This document shows positions 25,457 to 39,340 of a DNA stretch of 64,000 nucleotides, piece by piece; the stretch's first letter is position 1, and each line of letters begins with the position of its first letter. The position numbers were made by a program, and so were the translations under genes. The notes beneath the pieces were generated by a model that was not told the DNA's origin, did no database searches, and worked only from the letters and a program-made list of their open reading frames with translations. This stretch comes from Tubiluchus corallicola. Its lineage: Eukaryota > Animalia > Priapulida. The stretch spans positions 62,001 to 126,000 of the forward strand of contig JAQGDQ010000243.1 in the NCBI GenBank assembly GCA_030141605.1. The letters run 5' to 3'.

Positions 25457-25558
25457 TATATTGCGACTGCAAGAGACATGGAACCATTAAAATTGTATTA
25501 TAGGTAAGAATCAAAAATGAAATTTTAACGCTTCCATGTCTCATGCTGTCGCAATATA
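25457..25558. repeat. 38-bp inverted repeat with 26-bp spacer
   Basis: TATATTGCGACTGCAAGAGACATGGAACCATTAAAATT and its partner at 25521-25558 pair at 34 of 38 positions. Confidence 0.85.
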
Positions 25559-26714
25559 TTGTAAAGATTTTCTTAGTTCTCTAGTGTACAAAAAGCTGCT
25601 AAATAAATGATGTGAGAATATGGCTGTAACCTGGGACAATCATATTTAATTTGGCCCAGTATTTCTCAGTGTCAGTGACGCTGTTTAACTCAATAGATTA
25701 ATATACCTTTGTGCAGTTTGCATATGGCTTCTTTGTTTTAATAAAATTTTCACTGGGTGTTGCTATTTTTATGATTGCTTAATAAATACCACGTTGTGCT
25801 AAATTTTGGAAAAACAGCCAAACAAGTGCTGTACTTTCCTAGAGATGTGATAGCACGTCTCCAAACAATTATTGTTATGTTAATATAAAGCGTTTTTGCT
25901 AAGTTCAAACGTTGAGTTCTGCTGTTATCAACTGGCAAAAACGCGTGTAAGCATTGTTAGAAAGCTTCCATAATGTCTGTAAATATCCCGTTGAAGTACC
26001 CACATATAACTGCTAGAAGTCCTGCAGTTGTATCCCTACAACTGGGAAGAATTTAAATGGCAGGAACAGGGAATTTTAAAGTATGTCTCAAAGAACTTCC
26101 ACCTAAATTATAACAACGTTATATTGTTTAGCATTACGCTTACCTGTTTGAAAGATATTACGTAATATTCATTACCACGACTTCACAGACAGCCCATTGT
26201 TACTCTGCCATTGTTTTATGAATGGACAAAGTAAAACTGTTACTTACAGTCGAAACTATACGAGCTGTTACAGGCTTAGTATTTTGTTAATAGCTGTTAT
26301 TTTTTGCTCCGCACTGTGAACTGTGGGCGGGGGGGGGGGGCAGTTTGTTTAAAAACAGTATCGCATACAACTCTATAATTATAATTATAAGGATTTTGGC
26401 GTAGCAAATACTAGCTACAAATATTTGTCGGGAAGCTTACGAACCAACAGAAGCCTATATCCATAGGCCTAAGTTATCCACGAACTAGTTTATCCTTAGT
26501 CACTCGATCATTCGTTCTCCTTAACAACAGCACAGACACCTTTGTAGCTTATTTCTGTTCAATTTAGAGTTTACAAATCGCAAAATTTCAAGTTGTACTC
26601 CTGCTTTTTTCATTTAATGCACCTATTCCGAAATACGTGTTCGGTCAATGTCAAATGCGCCATGCAACAACGCTGGAAACTGAATAAATAGACAAGTCTG
26701 TAAAATTAAGTAAT

Positions 26715-27120
26715 GGATATTACGCTTACCTGTTTGAAAGACTTACGTAGTTGGAAAAGACAATTCTTAATAATTTAAAATATTCATGCCACTTGGTAAA
26801 ATAGCACTGCATCACTATCCCAGGATGCATTTCTGGGATACATTTACAATATAAAGTAGTTTAAACTGTAGCTTAGTTAGCAAGAATGTGGTACGAATGC
26901 TTAAATTATTTTTTCAAACTTTATGCAATGTGATGTAGCAAATGACTTACCGTTGGGTAGATTACACATAACGGTCATCGCGGCAGTTTAAATTTATAGG
27001 CTTTATCCAGCATTACTGTTAACGCAAACTCTGTATGCAATAAGACAGTACGTAAGTGATATAAAATACCAAGACGAATTTTTAAGCTTTATTTACGAAG
27101 GCTGTGCTCTTGTGCTTCAA
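26715..27120. mobile_element. Diverged partial copy of the Kolobok-like element, lacking the MITE
   Basis: Shares CTTACCTG..GAAAGACTTA, AACGGTCATCGCGG..AGTTTAAATTTA, AGACGAATTTTTAAGCTTTAT and the end TCTTGTGCTT with 12880-13710. Confidence 0.7.
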
Positions 27121-29759
27121 TGTAAAAGTAGTCACATATTTCTCAATCCTAGCTAACACAAAAGTCATACTTCGTTAAGTAACAATTACATCGAGGTGCT
27201 GGCTCTTTCTGGATTATAAGCTTGCGAAATAACTCTACAAGGAGGTCTGTTTCGCAGTGGAGCTTGTATCGTTCTCGCTGTTCATGTAATAAGTAATAAA
27301 ATGTTGTTCACTTTTTATATTTTGACATCACAACATAAAATTACTAAGTGTCTACGAAAAAACCGGGTCACGCAACGCTAAATGGAGTTTTAAAAGACTT
27401 ATCCCAAATGGGCAAGTCACTTTTCCCCATTAGAAGTCACTGTTTCGATTCTTAGATAGCCAATGAATGGCGACATGTTATTCTGCAACTAATTGGACAA
27501 CTAAAACCTTACGTACAACTGCACATGCACCATTAGCTGAATTAACTTCCCACATTTTTAATAATGAGCTAATGAACCATTGGTAGTGTCATTGCCACGA
27601 GATTCGATCAACTGAGAAAACGCAATAAACAGAATCGTGGCTTCTAATTTACTTGGCTAGTTAAACGTAAAAGCCCTACAGATATTAGAACTTAAAAATG
27701 CATCGCATTTCCAGGAAACTATCGGCACACTGCAAGTTGGAATCTAGCACTCAATGACAGCACCTGCTACTAATAGTCGGTGATAATGGCGGGACCGGAA
27801 TCTGCGCAGCATCAAAGATAAGATGACAGACTGAATAGGCGGAGGTATCTTAGCCACACTGGGATGTCAAATAATTAGGATAAGGCAGATGAAATCGCTC
27901 TAAAAGCAATTTTTACGGTGGTCATCCATCCATTTGTTAACTAGGTAAGTACTACTTGACTTTCGTAGCCAAGTATACAACTTGACCACTCAGCTTCCAG
28001 TAACGTATCAATTTTTTAAAACATATTCAAGTGATGCAAGCAAATCCATTTACTTTAGTGCCACAGTGTATACTTACGTTTTTGTTACAAAAATAGGAAT
28101 ATATTTTTATAAATCTGACCGACGCCTTATATTCTTCTTTGATGCACACATTATTTATGAGTAACAGCTCAGCAACAAGTTACATTACCCGTGAATGTTA
28201 ATTTATTAGTACAGACTTATTGTCTGGTAACGCCATTTTGCAACATTGAATATAAAAACCTGACTGCACTGAACAACAACAACAGCAAAACAACTTCACT
28301 GTTTCACACTGTCACTAACAACAATGAAGCCATAATTTTGACTTACCTGATTGGTTATATCTGAATCGGAGTTCTCCTTTCACTGTACACTACATTCGGT
28401 GTAATTACTACACCTTGTATTGTACGCCCGAAGTGCAAATACTAGAATAGTACAAACCAACTCGGATAAACAAAGTCACGACACAATTGGAGGAAGGTTC
28501 GTACTTTTGTGTACACATAATACAAACACACCTACGGACCATATCTTGGCAACACAATCTATATGTACATATAAACTCTAAATAACACAGGAGGCACTGC
28601 AATTTGTTTTGTGTGCAATCTTCCCCATTGTGTTCCGGCGATGAGAACTGATAAGAAGGATATCTGTGACCCGTTTTACAGCACAAATTTCATTTGCACT
28701 TGCAAACGTCTGCTTGCAGGGATGATCTATAGCCAAACGGAAGGGGCGCGGATTGCATAAAATTAAATCATATTCATAAATATAAATAACAAAGGTCATG
28801 GATTTAAGTAGATATACTCAGCCGCGCTAAAAAGCAATTCTGAATGTAAGAAGCGTTACTATTATAAACACTGAAATTTCACCCATACTTACTGAACCCG
28901 TAATAATCTAGCTAAAAATATTTTGTACTTTGTATTGTACTAAAACCATTTTTTTCAGATGCGCGCAAACATGTTAGTGTGTATATACTAAACAAAGAAA
29001 CGTAAAAGGCGCAATGTTTAAAAATAGCTTCAGTATGATAAAGTGTTCGTTTTGGTAAAAGTTTTCAACCCCCTTTCTAACTGCATGTCACAGCCCTTGG
29101 CATAACTGCTAGAGTTTGCTAGACGAATAAACTTCCCTTTGCAGACAATAATGAACCATAAATTATGCACAAACATTAAGCAAAAACAATCAGTTATACT
29201 GTAATTAGAGACATTACTTAATTTGCTTGGCATTTCATTGCAGAAATTGCACGAATAATGAGGCTGTGTTAGAGAAACACTAACAAGGAAAGCCCACTAA
29301 TTATGCGACAAGGAAAATAATTATTCTCCTTTATATTTTGGAGAAAAAAATTTGAGCTCAAAAAAGGAAAAATTTATCTGTGTTTTTAGCTTTTTACTTC
29401 CCGACTTAGTAAAAAACTTTATTTTCTGTTTACCTAATCTGACAGTCAAAAGCTTTGTTTCCCGTTGTTCTTACGTTAGTTAAGTTTAAGTTTTTAAGTG
29501 TTTAAGTAGTATGGATGTGCAAAATTATTTGTGGTGTACAAAATTAAATGTTCACAAAAAAGTGTTTATAAAATTAACTTCCTGGATTCTCTTCTGTGCC
29601 GCGACATAACACTTAATATTGTATAACTCTTCGAAACGCAACAAAAGCTATTATTCTATTTTTGCTAACTCTGGCTTCTTATTTACAACATACAACGAAT
29701 TTGTTCTGGTATGTAGGCCTACGCAGCGGTTTTAAAATAAACAAAATTTCACTGTGACA

Positions 29760-30288
29760 TGCAACAAATTCCCATTTTATTTTGTACATAATTATAATTT
29801 CAGAAACACAATAAGCGGTGTGAACAATGTACGTTTTTATTTTTACAACAAGTTTCATATTTAGCTCTTAATTTGTTGAGAGTCTGATATTATCGCTTTC
29901 ATATAATCAGGTGATTTATATTTATCTGATATAAATATTCCCATATTTAAAAAATCTAAATTAAACTTACTTGAAACATATAACTGATCACTCAATCATG
30001 ATTTGTTGTTTTTCATTTTCAAAAACTTCCCCTCTAGTATAATAATATTTTTATTACTTCCCACCCGTATTTATATTTGTATATATTGTAATATTGTATC
30101 TGTATATATTGTATTTTTTTTCGTAACAAATTCTAGTGGCCTACCATAAGCTAGCTTCTTAGGTCTCTAGCACAGAATTCATGAATTGTATAATAATTTT
30201 GTATTAACAAAAACTGATTATCGATGCGCATGTAATGTATATGTATATGTTTATTGCGAAATAAATCTATGAAATCTAAATCTAAATA
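29760..30288 (+). mobile_element. CR1/L2-group LINE 3' end (second family) with (TCTAA)-type tail
   Basis: HNYNFRN-type C-terminal remnant near 29785; UTR stem CTAGTGGCCTA..TAGGTCTCTAG; AAATAAA followed by ATCTAA repeats. Reverse-complement copy at 47620-47934. Confidence 0.7.
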
Positions 30289-30620
30289 TCTTGAGAAGAG
30301 TAACAATGCGCCGTAAAAATATACAACGACATGAAAGAATGAAAGAATAATCCTGCTGCAACAATTTTACACATTCGTGGCTCTTACTGTTGTTGTCACT
30401 GTCGTTAGCGGTGGTGGTGGTGATTGATGCTCTTTTCGTTATTTGGTTGTTTGCTATTTGAATCAACAAACAAACAAATAAATACAGAACCCAACTCACC
30501 ATCTCCTCGCTTAATAAATAACATATGAGTAAACAATTAGAAACAATTAGAACATTTTGCATTGCATGGAAAATGATGGTAAAGAGAACCTGTTAAAATA
30601 TGCTAAATGTCAAATAATTA

Positions 30621-31095
30621 TGTTAAGAAGAGTATTCCTGAAGCCAAGCCAAATAAGGGGAAACTTAAGGAGTGGTGTCACGTGACGACGTGGGCGAAGA
30701 GTTGACCCACTTGTCAGCCTGCGCACGCAGCTCATATATAGGCCGTGACACCAGCTAGCAGGGGGGATTGGACACACTTCACACTTACACGCAGGACGTC
30801 TCTTGTAGATCAGGGGCCTTGGCATTGCTATACATTTATTATATTTATTGTGATGTTATTTCATAAATGTGTTATTTCGCAAACAAAGTCTTGATAGCTT
30901 TGCCATTACTCAAACGTTCATAAACAGCTACACACAGCTCACACACGTACTACCACTATACCACAGACTTAATAATTTTACTATGATGGTAATCTTGCGA
31001 CTGCTTTACACGGAGTAAACTCAAGAAATTTTCAGGCCCTTCGGTACCATGCACGCCGCGTCCTATACAATAAAAAAATACATAATATTGCAACA
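30621..31095. mobile_element. Possible solo LTR
   Basis: TGTTAAG...TGCAACA ends, a GC-rich core with TATATA at about 30735, and AATAAA at 31069. No TSD. Confidence 0.3.
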
Positions 31096-34000
31096 CCCCC
31101 CCCCTCCATCTAGCCTATTAGTCCAGCATCAAGCCAGGTATGTGCCAAAGTCAGCTAAGCACGTTCCACACCAGTAATGAACAGTTTTCATATTGTCACG
31201 CGCAACAATAAATCCATTCAGTGAAGCCATGAATAGGCTCGCCATATTTGTGCAAGAGAGAATGGGTTAGGAAAATTGCCCGCGCGGATAATTTGCACTG
31301 CTATTGTCGTGACAAACAATACTCCATAGAAACGGTATTAATTATTGTGGTAACCATAGAAGTTTAGCTGGGTGACAGAATGGCGGATATCCATATCACT
31401 TCACATTGTGGTGGCTGAATTTCTCATATGCAATTAATATTGTAGCTTATGGCAACGTCGCAGTTTGGGAATTGAAGCCATAGATATGCCCAATTCCACA
31501 CATTATGCTCACTTCAATCCCTTAGCAACAGTGCTCGGATTATTAATTTGCTTGTTTGTTCGTTCGTTCGTTCGTTTGCTTTCTTGTTCATTTACTTGCT
31601 TCTTGTTGAATGTATGACTGGGGTGAAGGAGTAGCGTATACTTGGCAGGATGGACGGTTTGTTGATGGGCTGACAGGCTGGCTGATTGTTGGGCTGTTGG
31701 TGGGCTGACGAGTTGACTAGCTGCTTGTTACTGATTGCTTCGTAGGAAGGCTAGTCGATCAATCAGTAGACGGGCTGCTGGCTGGCTATTTGGTTAAGTT
31801 GGAGTTTGTTTAGTCAATTGGTCTGCTTGATAGCTAGTTAGTTGGCTAGTAATTTGTCAGATGGCGAGATATTTGGTTATTTCTTTAGTGGTTGATCATT
31901 GGTTGACTGACTGATTGCTTCGCAGACAGGTTAGTTGGCAGGTTGGTCACTGGTTGATTAATTGATTACTTTCGTTGCTTGGTTGGTTGGCTGATGAGCT
32001 TGCAGGCCGGCTGGTTGGCTGGTCGGCTGTCGGTCGGTCAACCCGTTGGTTGGAAATGGACGTTTAGTCCTTCAGCTGGTCGATTAACTGGTTCGCTATT
32101 TGTTTATTTACATGTGTATTTGTTTATGTGCGCGGATCACTGCCATTATTCTAGCCAGGCAAGCAAGCAAATAAGTAAGCAAATTAACGAACAAACAGAT
32201 AAGCAATCAACCAATTGTGTATACATTATTCTTTGTTCACGCATTATTTCGTCTTCATTTGACTCGACAAATGTACACGATTACTTCTACTTTCTCCTCC
32301 TTTCATTCTCAATACATTTATATGCTCTTTCCTGCGTCTATCTCACCTTTCCATTGCTTCACCCACATATCCAACAGGAAAGAGACAGATTTCCTTCTCT
32401 GCAGACACTTTCCTTTTTGTGTTGATTCTTTCTCTAGTTCCTTCCTTCTTTCTTCCTTAATTTTTTCTCTTTTTTTTGCTTAACCACCAATATGTAAGAA
32501 CATGGCTTCAGTATGAGAAAGATGACTAAAAGTACGGGAATGTTTAACCAAATATTCAAAGCAGTAGCACAGCTCTTGATGGAGGCCAAAGACAAAATCT
32601 GACCAAAGGGCCATAATGCAAAATATATATACAGAAAAGCAAAATTAAAGCAGCACAGTTTCACTTATGAAATCACAGCCTTATTTTGCTGACTAACGGA
32701 GGTTTAGAAGGTTACATCCTGCACACTATCTGCTGTCAACGACATTTACTTAAAAATGTCATTACTAATATCATTGCAATGTGCCAAATGTACACTAGGA
32801 CAATTCATTAAAACCCTTGGGACACCAACGAATTCAAAGGTCAGCCAAAGGTCAAATTGATTACAGTTGGGCAAAAATTGCAGTTCAACACTGAACAGTT
32901 GCAGGATTTCTTACCTAATTAAGTACGTGCGTTTGGAACTCATTTAATTGTCAATGCACGAAGACCCAGTGCCTCTTTCTTCTCTCTTGCAGAGATTATA
33001 ACACTAGGTATACATAACATGTAACCTGCATAATTAAGAAAAAGATTTACTCAAACAAAACCCCGTTTATAATATAGTTGTGAAGTATTAATGACGAATT
33101 TCTCTATGCATATAAAAATTTGTGCAATTCGACAAGCCTATCCGAATTATTAAGCAGCCCATTTAAAATAAGATAACTATCTAGGATTATCTAAGAGAAA
33201 CATGTCAGAATGTTCATTCACGTAAGAAAATCGCTTTTTTGGACTGCAAATAAGCACTTACTGAGAAGCCAGCAGCTGCAACAACTGCAGCAGGGTAACA
33301 GCAAAAGCAGCAACCTCGACTGTCAGTGAGAGGATCCGCCCGCATACATGGCTTCACATCCACACGTCCAACTTCATCTAACCGTCTGCCGTATGGATTT
33401 AGTTCAACAATAGACGACTATGTAATGATAACAATACAAGCAAAGCCCGCTGGTATGCATAGACAGCAAGCATCCCAACCGAGATGCCTGAAAGGTTGTC
33501 ATGGTAACCGGCGGCTTCTTATTGTGCCAGTCAGTGCAGAAATGTCCATTAATTAAACAATAGCTGTTATTTAACAGATCTGTCCAGATTCTGTATAGTC
33601 AGGAAATTAGCGAAGCTCCCCTGTAGGCAGAGGATGCTGATGAGTGAATGAAGAGAGCGTCACGATGAATCAAAGAAAGTTCTTGATGAAGCCAACAAGT
33701 GTGCTAATTTATGCCAAGTTGGTGAAGCCAACTAACACACGGTTGTACCCAAATTTTAAATTATAGATTAGCTTCACAGATTATAATAGAAATAGGTGTG
33801 TTCACACAGTGGGTTTCCTGTTGGTCTGGTGTTGCAAGTTACAAAATTGGAATACAGCCTTCTTCTTCGAACAATTATATATAATTTATCCACCACACAT
33901 ACCATCTTTTATCATTTTCTCGATTCATAAACATTACCAATGATAACGTCACAAAACTGGTTGTAGACAATTCGGTTATTATTTTCGCCACGTTGCCTAT

Positions 34001-35115
34001 AGGCTTCAATATCGCAATAATTGTGTGTGTGGGGGGGGGGGGGGAGTCCTGGTCGCTGCGCTGTGTAACAATGTTGCTACAACAAGGTTTATTTAAAGTC
34101 ATTAAGCCTTCAGTGTTAGCATTGTTAAGCACAGACAGTAATGAACATAACAATCACTAAACAAGCTCTCTGTACTTCAAGAATAGCCTACAGTCTTCCA
34201 TAAGCACTAATTAACCTTTAACTAACGTGCTTTGTCTACAAGTTCCTCTTCTGCCTTGTGGCATAAGACACATGGGTGAAGAATCTTGTAATAACGACAC
34301 TGGGCGTCAGGTTTCCTTAACGCTTTTTCCTCTTCCATTTTTTCAAATTTTCCTTAAATTGTACAAGTCCAACCGATGCGGGCATTTTGGACACTTCTCG
34401 ACCAGTTTGAGCTTTCTTGTACACGTTTTTGTCGAATTTGATGTGATCAAGTGCAAACCTGCGACTGGTGCGCCCCCTGAGACACGCAATTAACGTCAGT
34501 TGTACAAGAGCTATGCAAAGCTCACGACAAAGACAAAAAGCCAATTAAAGCGTTGTAGTAACGACAGACAATGATACTCACCCAGCAATGGCAGAACATT
34601 GTTTGACAAGCACTCAGGGTTGCAGTACAAATGAAAATGTCATTTAGAGTCAAATGAAACACCAAGAGCCCGGGAAATACTCTTGGTGGTGTCTAAACTC
34701 AAAGGCTATATAAGCTGCTTGAAGACGTTACCAACCGCTAGGTCACTTGGCATTTCAATAGTCCAAAAGCCAAATATCAAATTTAGTCAACTGATTCGAA
34801 ACTGCTAGGAGGGAAGATCTCAGTGTGAAGGCCATTTTCTAGGTTACAACAAATAAGTGTTTAATGTCCTAGCTTAGCATCTTCACTCTTTTTTTAGTCA
34901 CCACTAGGAATGCCATTCGTGGGAAAAACTTGTGTGTATGAGAAACATTTTAGATTTTCTTAAATGAAGATAACCAAACAACAGCTGAATTGAGTGACAT
35001 CACAAACGAGAAAAAACAAGATGCTAACATCTGTTTCATAACCATTTTTTCGCCACCACTTTAAGCCAATTTAAAAACTGGAAATCTCGCAAACATGAAA
35101 TATTTGATGGAAACG

Positions 35116-35610
35116 TAATAGAATGGAACGTTATGAGACGGAATGAAATCCAGTAATGGAAAGGAACGTTATGTGACGGAATGAAATCCAGTAATGGAAA
35201 GGAACGTTATGTGACGGGATGGAATCCAGTAATGGAAAGGAACGTTATGTGACGGGATGGAATCCAGTAATTGAAAGGAACGTTATGAGACGGAATGGAA
35301 TCCAGTAATGGAAAGGAACGTTATGAGACGGAATGAAATCCAGTAATGAAAAGGAACGTTATGTGACGGAATGGAATCCAGTAATGGAAAGGAACGTTAT
35401 GTAACGGAATGGAATCCAGTAATGGAAAGGAAGGTTATGAGACGGAATGAAATCCAGTAATGGAAAGGAAGGTTATGAGACGGAATGAAATCCAGTAATG
35501 GAAAGGAAGGTTATGTAACGGAATGGAATCCAGTAATGGAAAGGAAGGTTATGAGACGGAATGAAATCCAGTGATGGACAGGAACGTTACGTAACGGAAC
35601 GGAAATCCAA
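35116..35610. repeat. 38-bp minisatellite, about 13 units
   Basis: Unit GTAATGGAAAGGAACGTTATGTGACGGAATGAAATCCA. Confidence 0.97.
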
Positions 35611-35849
35611 TAAGGGAAGAGAAGGAAACAGCATAAAAATTGCAAAGGCGTATGAACATCTAAATGTTCAGTAGATTAGATATCTGAGCCTCGTATGAAA
35701 TGAAATAAAATGAAATAAAAAAACTGCATTAAAAAGCGAAACAAAAAGGGTGTTTAACTACAGATCTTGATCTATTACCAGATACCGAAATCCGAATATA
35801 TACATATAATATCATCGATTCATTTTTCAGCATTTCCATTTTTTTCAGT

Positions 35850-36528
35850 TCAATTCAGACGTTTAATTATTTCCAATACAAAGTTCTTTAAGGCAGTTGC
35901 AACATATGATGTTGTAAATTTACGTGTGTACAGATGAGGTACTGAAAGATCAAGAGGTCATCGAGTTAAGAACTTGAGAATGTTTTAAAGGACTCCAGAA
36001 TACAAGGAGTTGCTATTAGAAAAGAGATATTGAGTGCTACGGAGAAACTACTTGTAGTAGTTTACATAATCAACATGAACGAACGAAATGTAACTAATTA
36101 GGACAAATACCCACTATGGAACGAACTATGTAATCAAGCAAGCAATTCTACTTTGGAATTCTCTGCCATTACAGGTTAAACAAGTCCCTATCAGCATTTA
36201 AAACAAAATTAAAATCATTAATATTAACCAGAGATGAAATACCATCACACCAGTACGACAACATACACACTAATTCAGAATTTATATATCCACGGCCATA
36301 TTAATTAAATCATATTTTTTTTCATTTTTTGTGCATAGTTGTAAATATGTTTGATTTTATTCGTCGTTACTTTCCATTACTGCACAGTAGTTTAGATTGC
36401 ACTGACGCATTTGCCTTTAGCAGTGTAAGTTTTTATTAACTAACACTGACTGATCATCTCTGTAAAGTTTTTATCAGTGATTATCAATGTATTTTAATGG
36501 CAAATAAAGATTATATATATATATATAA
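35850..36528 (+). mobile_element. Older relative of the first CR1/L2-group LINE family, with (TA)n tail
   Basis: Translates YGTNYVIKQAILLWNSLPLQVKQ and FKTKLK; UTR motifs GACGCATTTGCC, AACTAACACTGA and TGGCAAATAAAGATT are retained. Confidence 0.75.
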
Positions 36529-37416
36529 CACAAAAACAGCTGGTGAACGAAATTATATTATAAACTAGATCGAGACCTTTCGTTTGATGTATAGTCGCCG
36601 CAAATGGTGTCGTCGTCTGAGCTGTAGCCTCGAATCTATATATATATATGTATATATATGATAATTATGTATACCAGTATAATTAATATTATAAATGCAA
36701 CAAATGGACAAAAGGCAAGGAAATTATGCAGTTGAATCTTAAATGCGGCAAATAAACAAAAAACAAGCTGCGCGTTTTCACAAACAAATATTGTGTTGCT
36801 CGATTAGCTTGAAACATGTCGTTGCTATTTTGTGAAAGTCTAATTAATTGAACACAGGAAATCCTTGAGCACGAAGATTAGACATTCCGACATCCCATTT
36901 TGACATTAAAACTGCGTACTACCAAAAGAATGTCAATTCGCTGAATGGGTATCAAAACTTACCGAATGTATTAATGAATCTGGCTAATGATATACAATGA
37001 TTATTAGTATACGTTATTAATATCAAAAATACTCTAGTAGTTCAATACTAGTCAAATCCAAATGAACAGCTCTATTACCACACGTTTGCAATCTATCAGT
37101 ACAAATGTTAAGTAGTCATCGAGCTATGGTATAGCTGCAATTTCAACAAGACAGGAGTGACTTTACTAAAAATGAATTCACAAATCGTGGAACGTGAGAG
37201 ACGTTAGTAATCAAATAAGACGTTGTAATTTAATTAGATGCCATAGCTGTGGACTGGTGACCATGTAATAATTAGGATCACTGCAAATACGTTCTGTTAC
37301 AGTTTTCTGTACTTTTAGCTTCAGTTGGTGTTGTATTTATTATTGTTTCTTCTTGTAACTCATTTCCTTTTGCAGCACTTTTAGCTTCACTAAGTATGAG
37401 AATAAAGAATATACAC

Positions 37417-37417
<1 letters not shown>

Positions 37418-37481
<64 letters not shown>

Positions 37482-37680
37482 TTTTTTATTTTTCTCCATA
37501 AATTTACAATAATTTAACAATAAAATATACAAAAATACAAATGAACATGGGAAAAAGGGTGGCGAACAACCAAAGGTTAGCGAGTCAACCGGCCTTCTCA
37601 GAAAGCCAGTAAACAAAAACACGCTAATAACAGCAGAACACAACTATTAAAAATAAATATAATATAACACAGTTATAATG
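37418..37680 (-). mobile_element. Probable LINE 3' end with (TTAC)n tail
   Basis: (GTAA)n at 37418-37481 directly abuts TTTATT, which is AATAAA on the minus strand. Confidence 0.5.
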
Positions 37681-38629
37681 TCTTTACTACAGATGCAATA
37701 TGTCCACCCCTAACCTAAACCACTGCCAAGCTACCTTTCCCTGCCTTAATGGCTATGCCTACAACTACACTTGTTGCCCTCCGGGGCATAAATAACAAAA
37801 CTGTTCAACCACTACAATTGTTTTTCTTCCAAGGACACAAACGCCATTAGAAGACTCTTACTGAACCATTAACCGATTATGCGGCACTTACGAGTGACTA
37901 ATAGGTGTGTCATTGCTCAGAATAGAGTAACCTTAATTGGCAGTTTTAATGAATGTGTACTAACTACACGTAATCCACCTGAACTGGATTTCAAAAGATA
38001 AATTATCTAATGACGTGCGTATTGCACTATTTACAGGTGCTGACACAGTTATAACGGAAGTTGAGATAAAGGTTACTTATAAAAGCCAACATAAATATCA
38101 GGCAAAATTCAACAACTGATTCCTTTAGCTACATTATCTATGATAAATGCAAATGGACATGTGGAAGCCATGGCTCAGAACTCGTTTGGCAGAAAATCAT
38201 AACAAATGGTAAATTGCAGATGCGCTGATTGTTTTAAATTAAACTCAAGTTGGACGGATAAAATTGACCTCCGTCCGTCCAATTATCTATAATTATGAAA
38301 TGATACTGATCCATAATGGAAGTAATTAGTAACAGGTACCAGGGCATATGTGTTGCAACGGGATCTTAATGAAATTTCTGATGAACAACCACACCAAGTT
38401 TCCAAGTTTTGTCTGTCAAGTAATAAACTTACAACTGGGTGCATTGAAAATTTTGTTTCAAATTTTTAATCTCTCGTGTACCAGAATTCGTTTCTTACTT
38501 GTTTCGTTCAGATGGAGTCATAATGTACAATCTGCCCGTTTTTCTTACACTGAGAAATTAAAGTACCACCTTAATTAACGTTAAAATATCGTAAATAAGC
38601 AAACAGAATTATTTAGCAAGTGATAATAA

Positions 38630-38802
38630 TGATAATTATGACGATGACGACGGATGTGCTGATCAAGAAAATGACGATCAGGAAGAGAATATGTTGGTGA
38701 TAATGAGATGGCAGTGATGATGATGATGATGACGACGACGGATGTGTTGATCAAGAAAATGACGATCAGGAAGAGAATATGGTGGCGATAGTGGGATGGC
38801 AG

Positions 38803-38862
<60 letters not shown>

Positions 38863-39340
38863 CGACGACGGATGTGTTGATCAAGAAAATGACGATCAGG
38901 AAGAGAATATGGTTGTGATAATGAGATGACAGTGATGATGATGATAATAATGACGACGACGGATGTGTTGATCAAGAAAATGACGATCAGGAAGAGAATA
39001 TGGTGGTGATAATGAGATGGCAGTGATGATTATGATGATGATGACGACGACGGATGTGTTGATCAAGAAAATGACGATTAGGAAGAGAATATGATGGTGA
39101 TAATGAGGTGGCAGTGACGATGATGATGATGATTATTATAGTGGTGATAATAACAATGACGATTACGATGGCGACGACGACGACGATGATGAAAGAATGG
39201 TGATGATGATGATGAGGACGACGATGACGATGATGATGATGATGATGATAATGATAACAATGACGATGACGATTTGCGACGACGACGATGATGATGAAAG
39301 AATGATGATGATGATGACGACGACGATGATGATTATGATA
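38630..39340. repeat. Minisatellite with a constant about 65-bp core and variable (GAT)n linker
   Basis: GACGGATGTGTTGATCAAGAAAATGACGATCAGGAAGAGAATATG recurs 5 times, followed by GAT-rich sequence. Confidence 0.92.

Noticed and set aside
31540-32215. Long inverted structure or the 148-aa ORF at 31979
   Set aside because: This is degenerate tetranucleotide low-complexity sequence, so the complementarity is compositional.
33630-33680. Hammerhead ribozyme (CTGATGA-GTGA..TCAC)
   Set aside because: The stem is followed by GATG instead of GAAA, and no stems I or III were found.
38630-39130. CRISPR-like repeat/spacer pattern
   Set aside because: The variable parts are only (GAT)n length variants.
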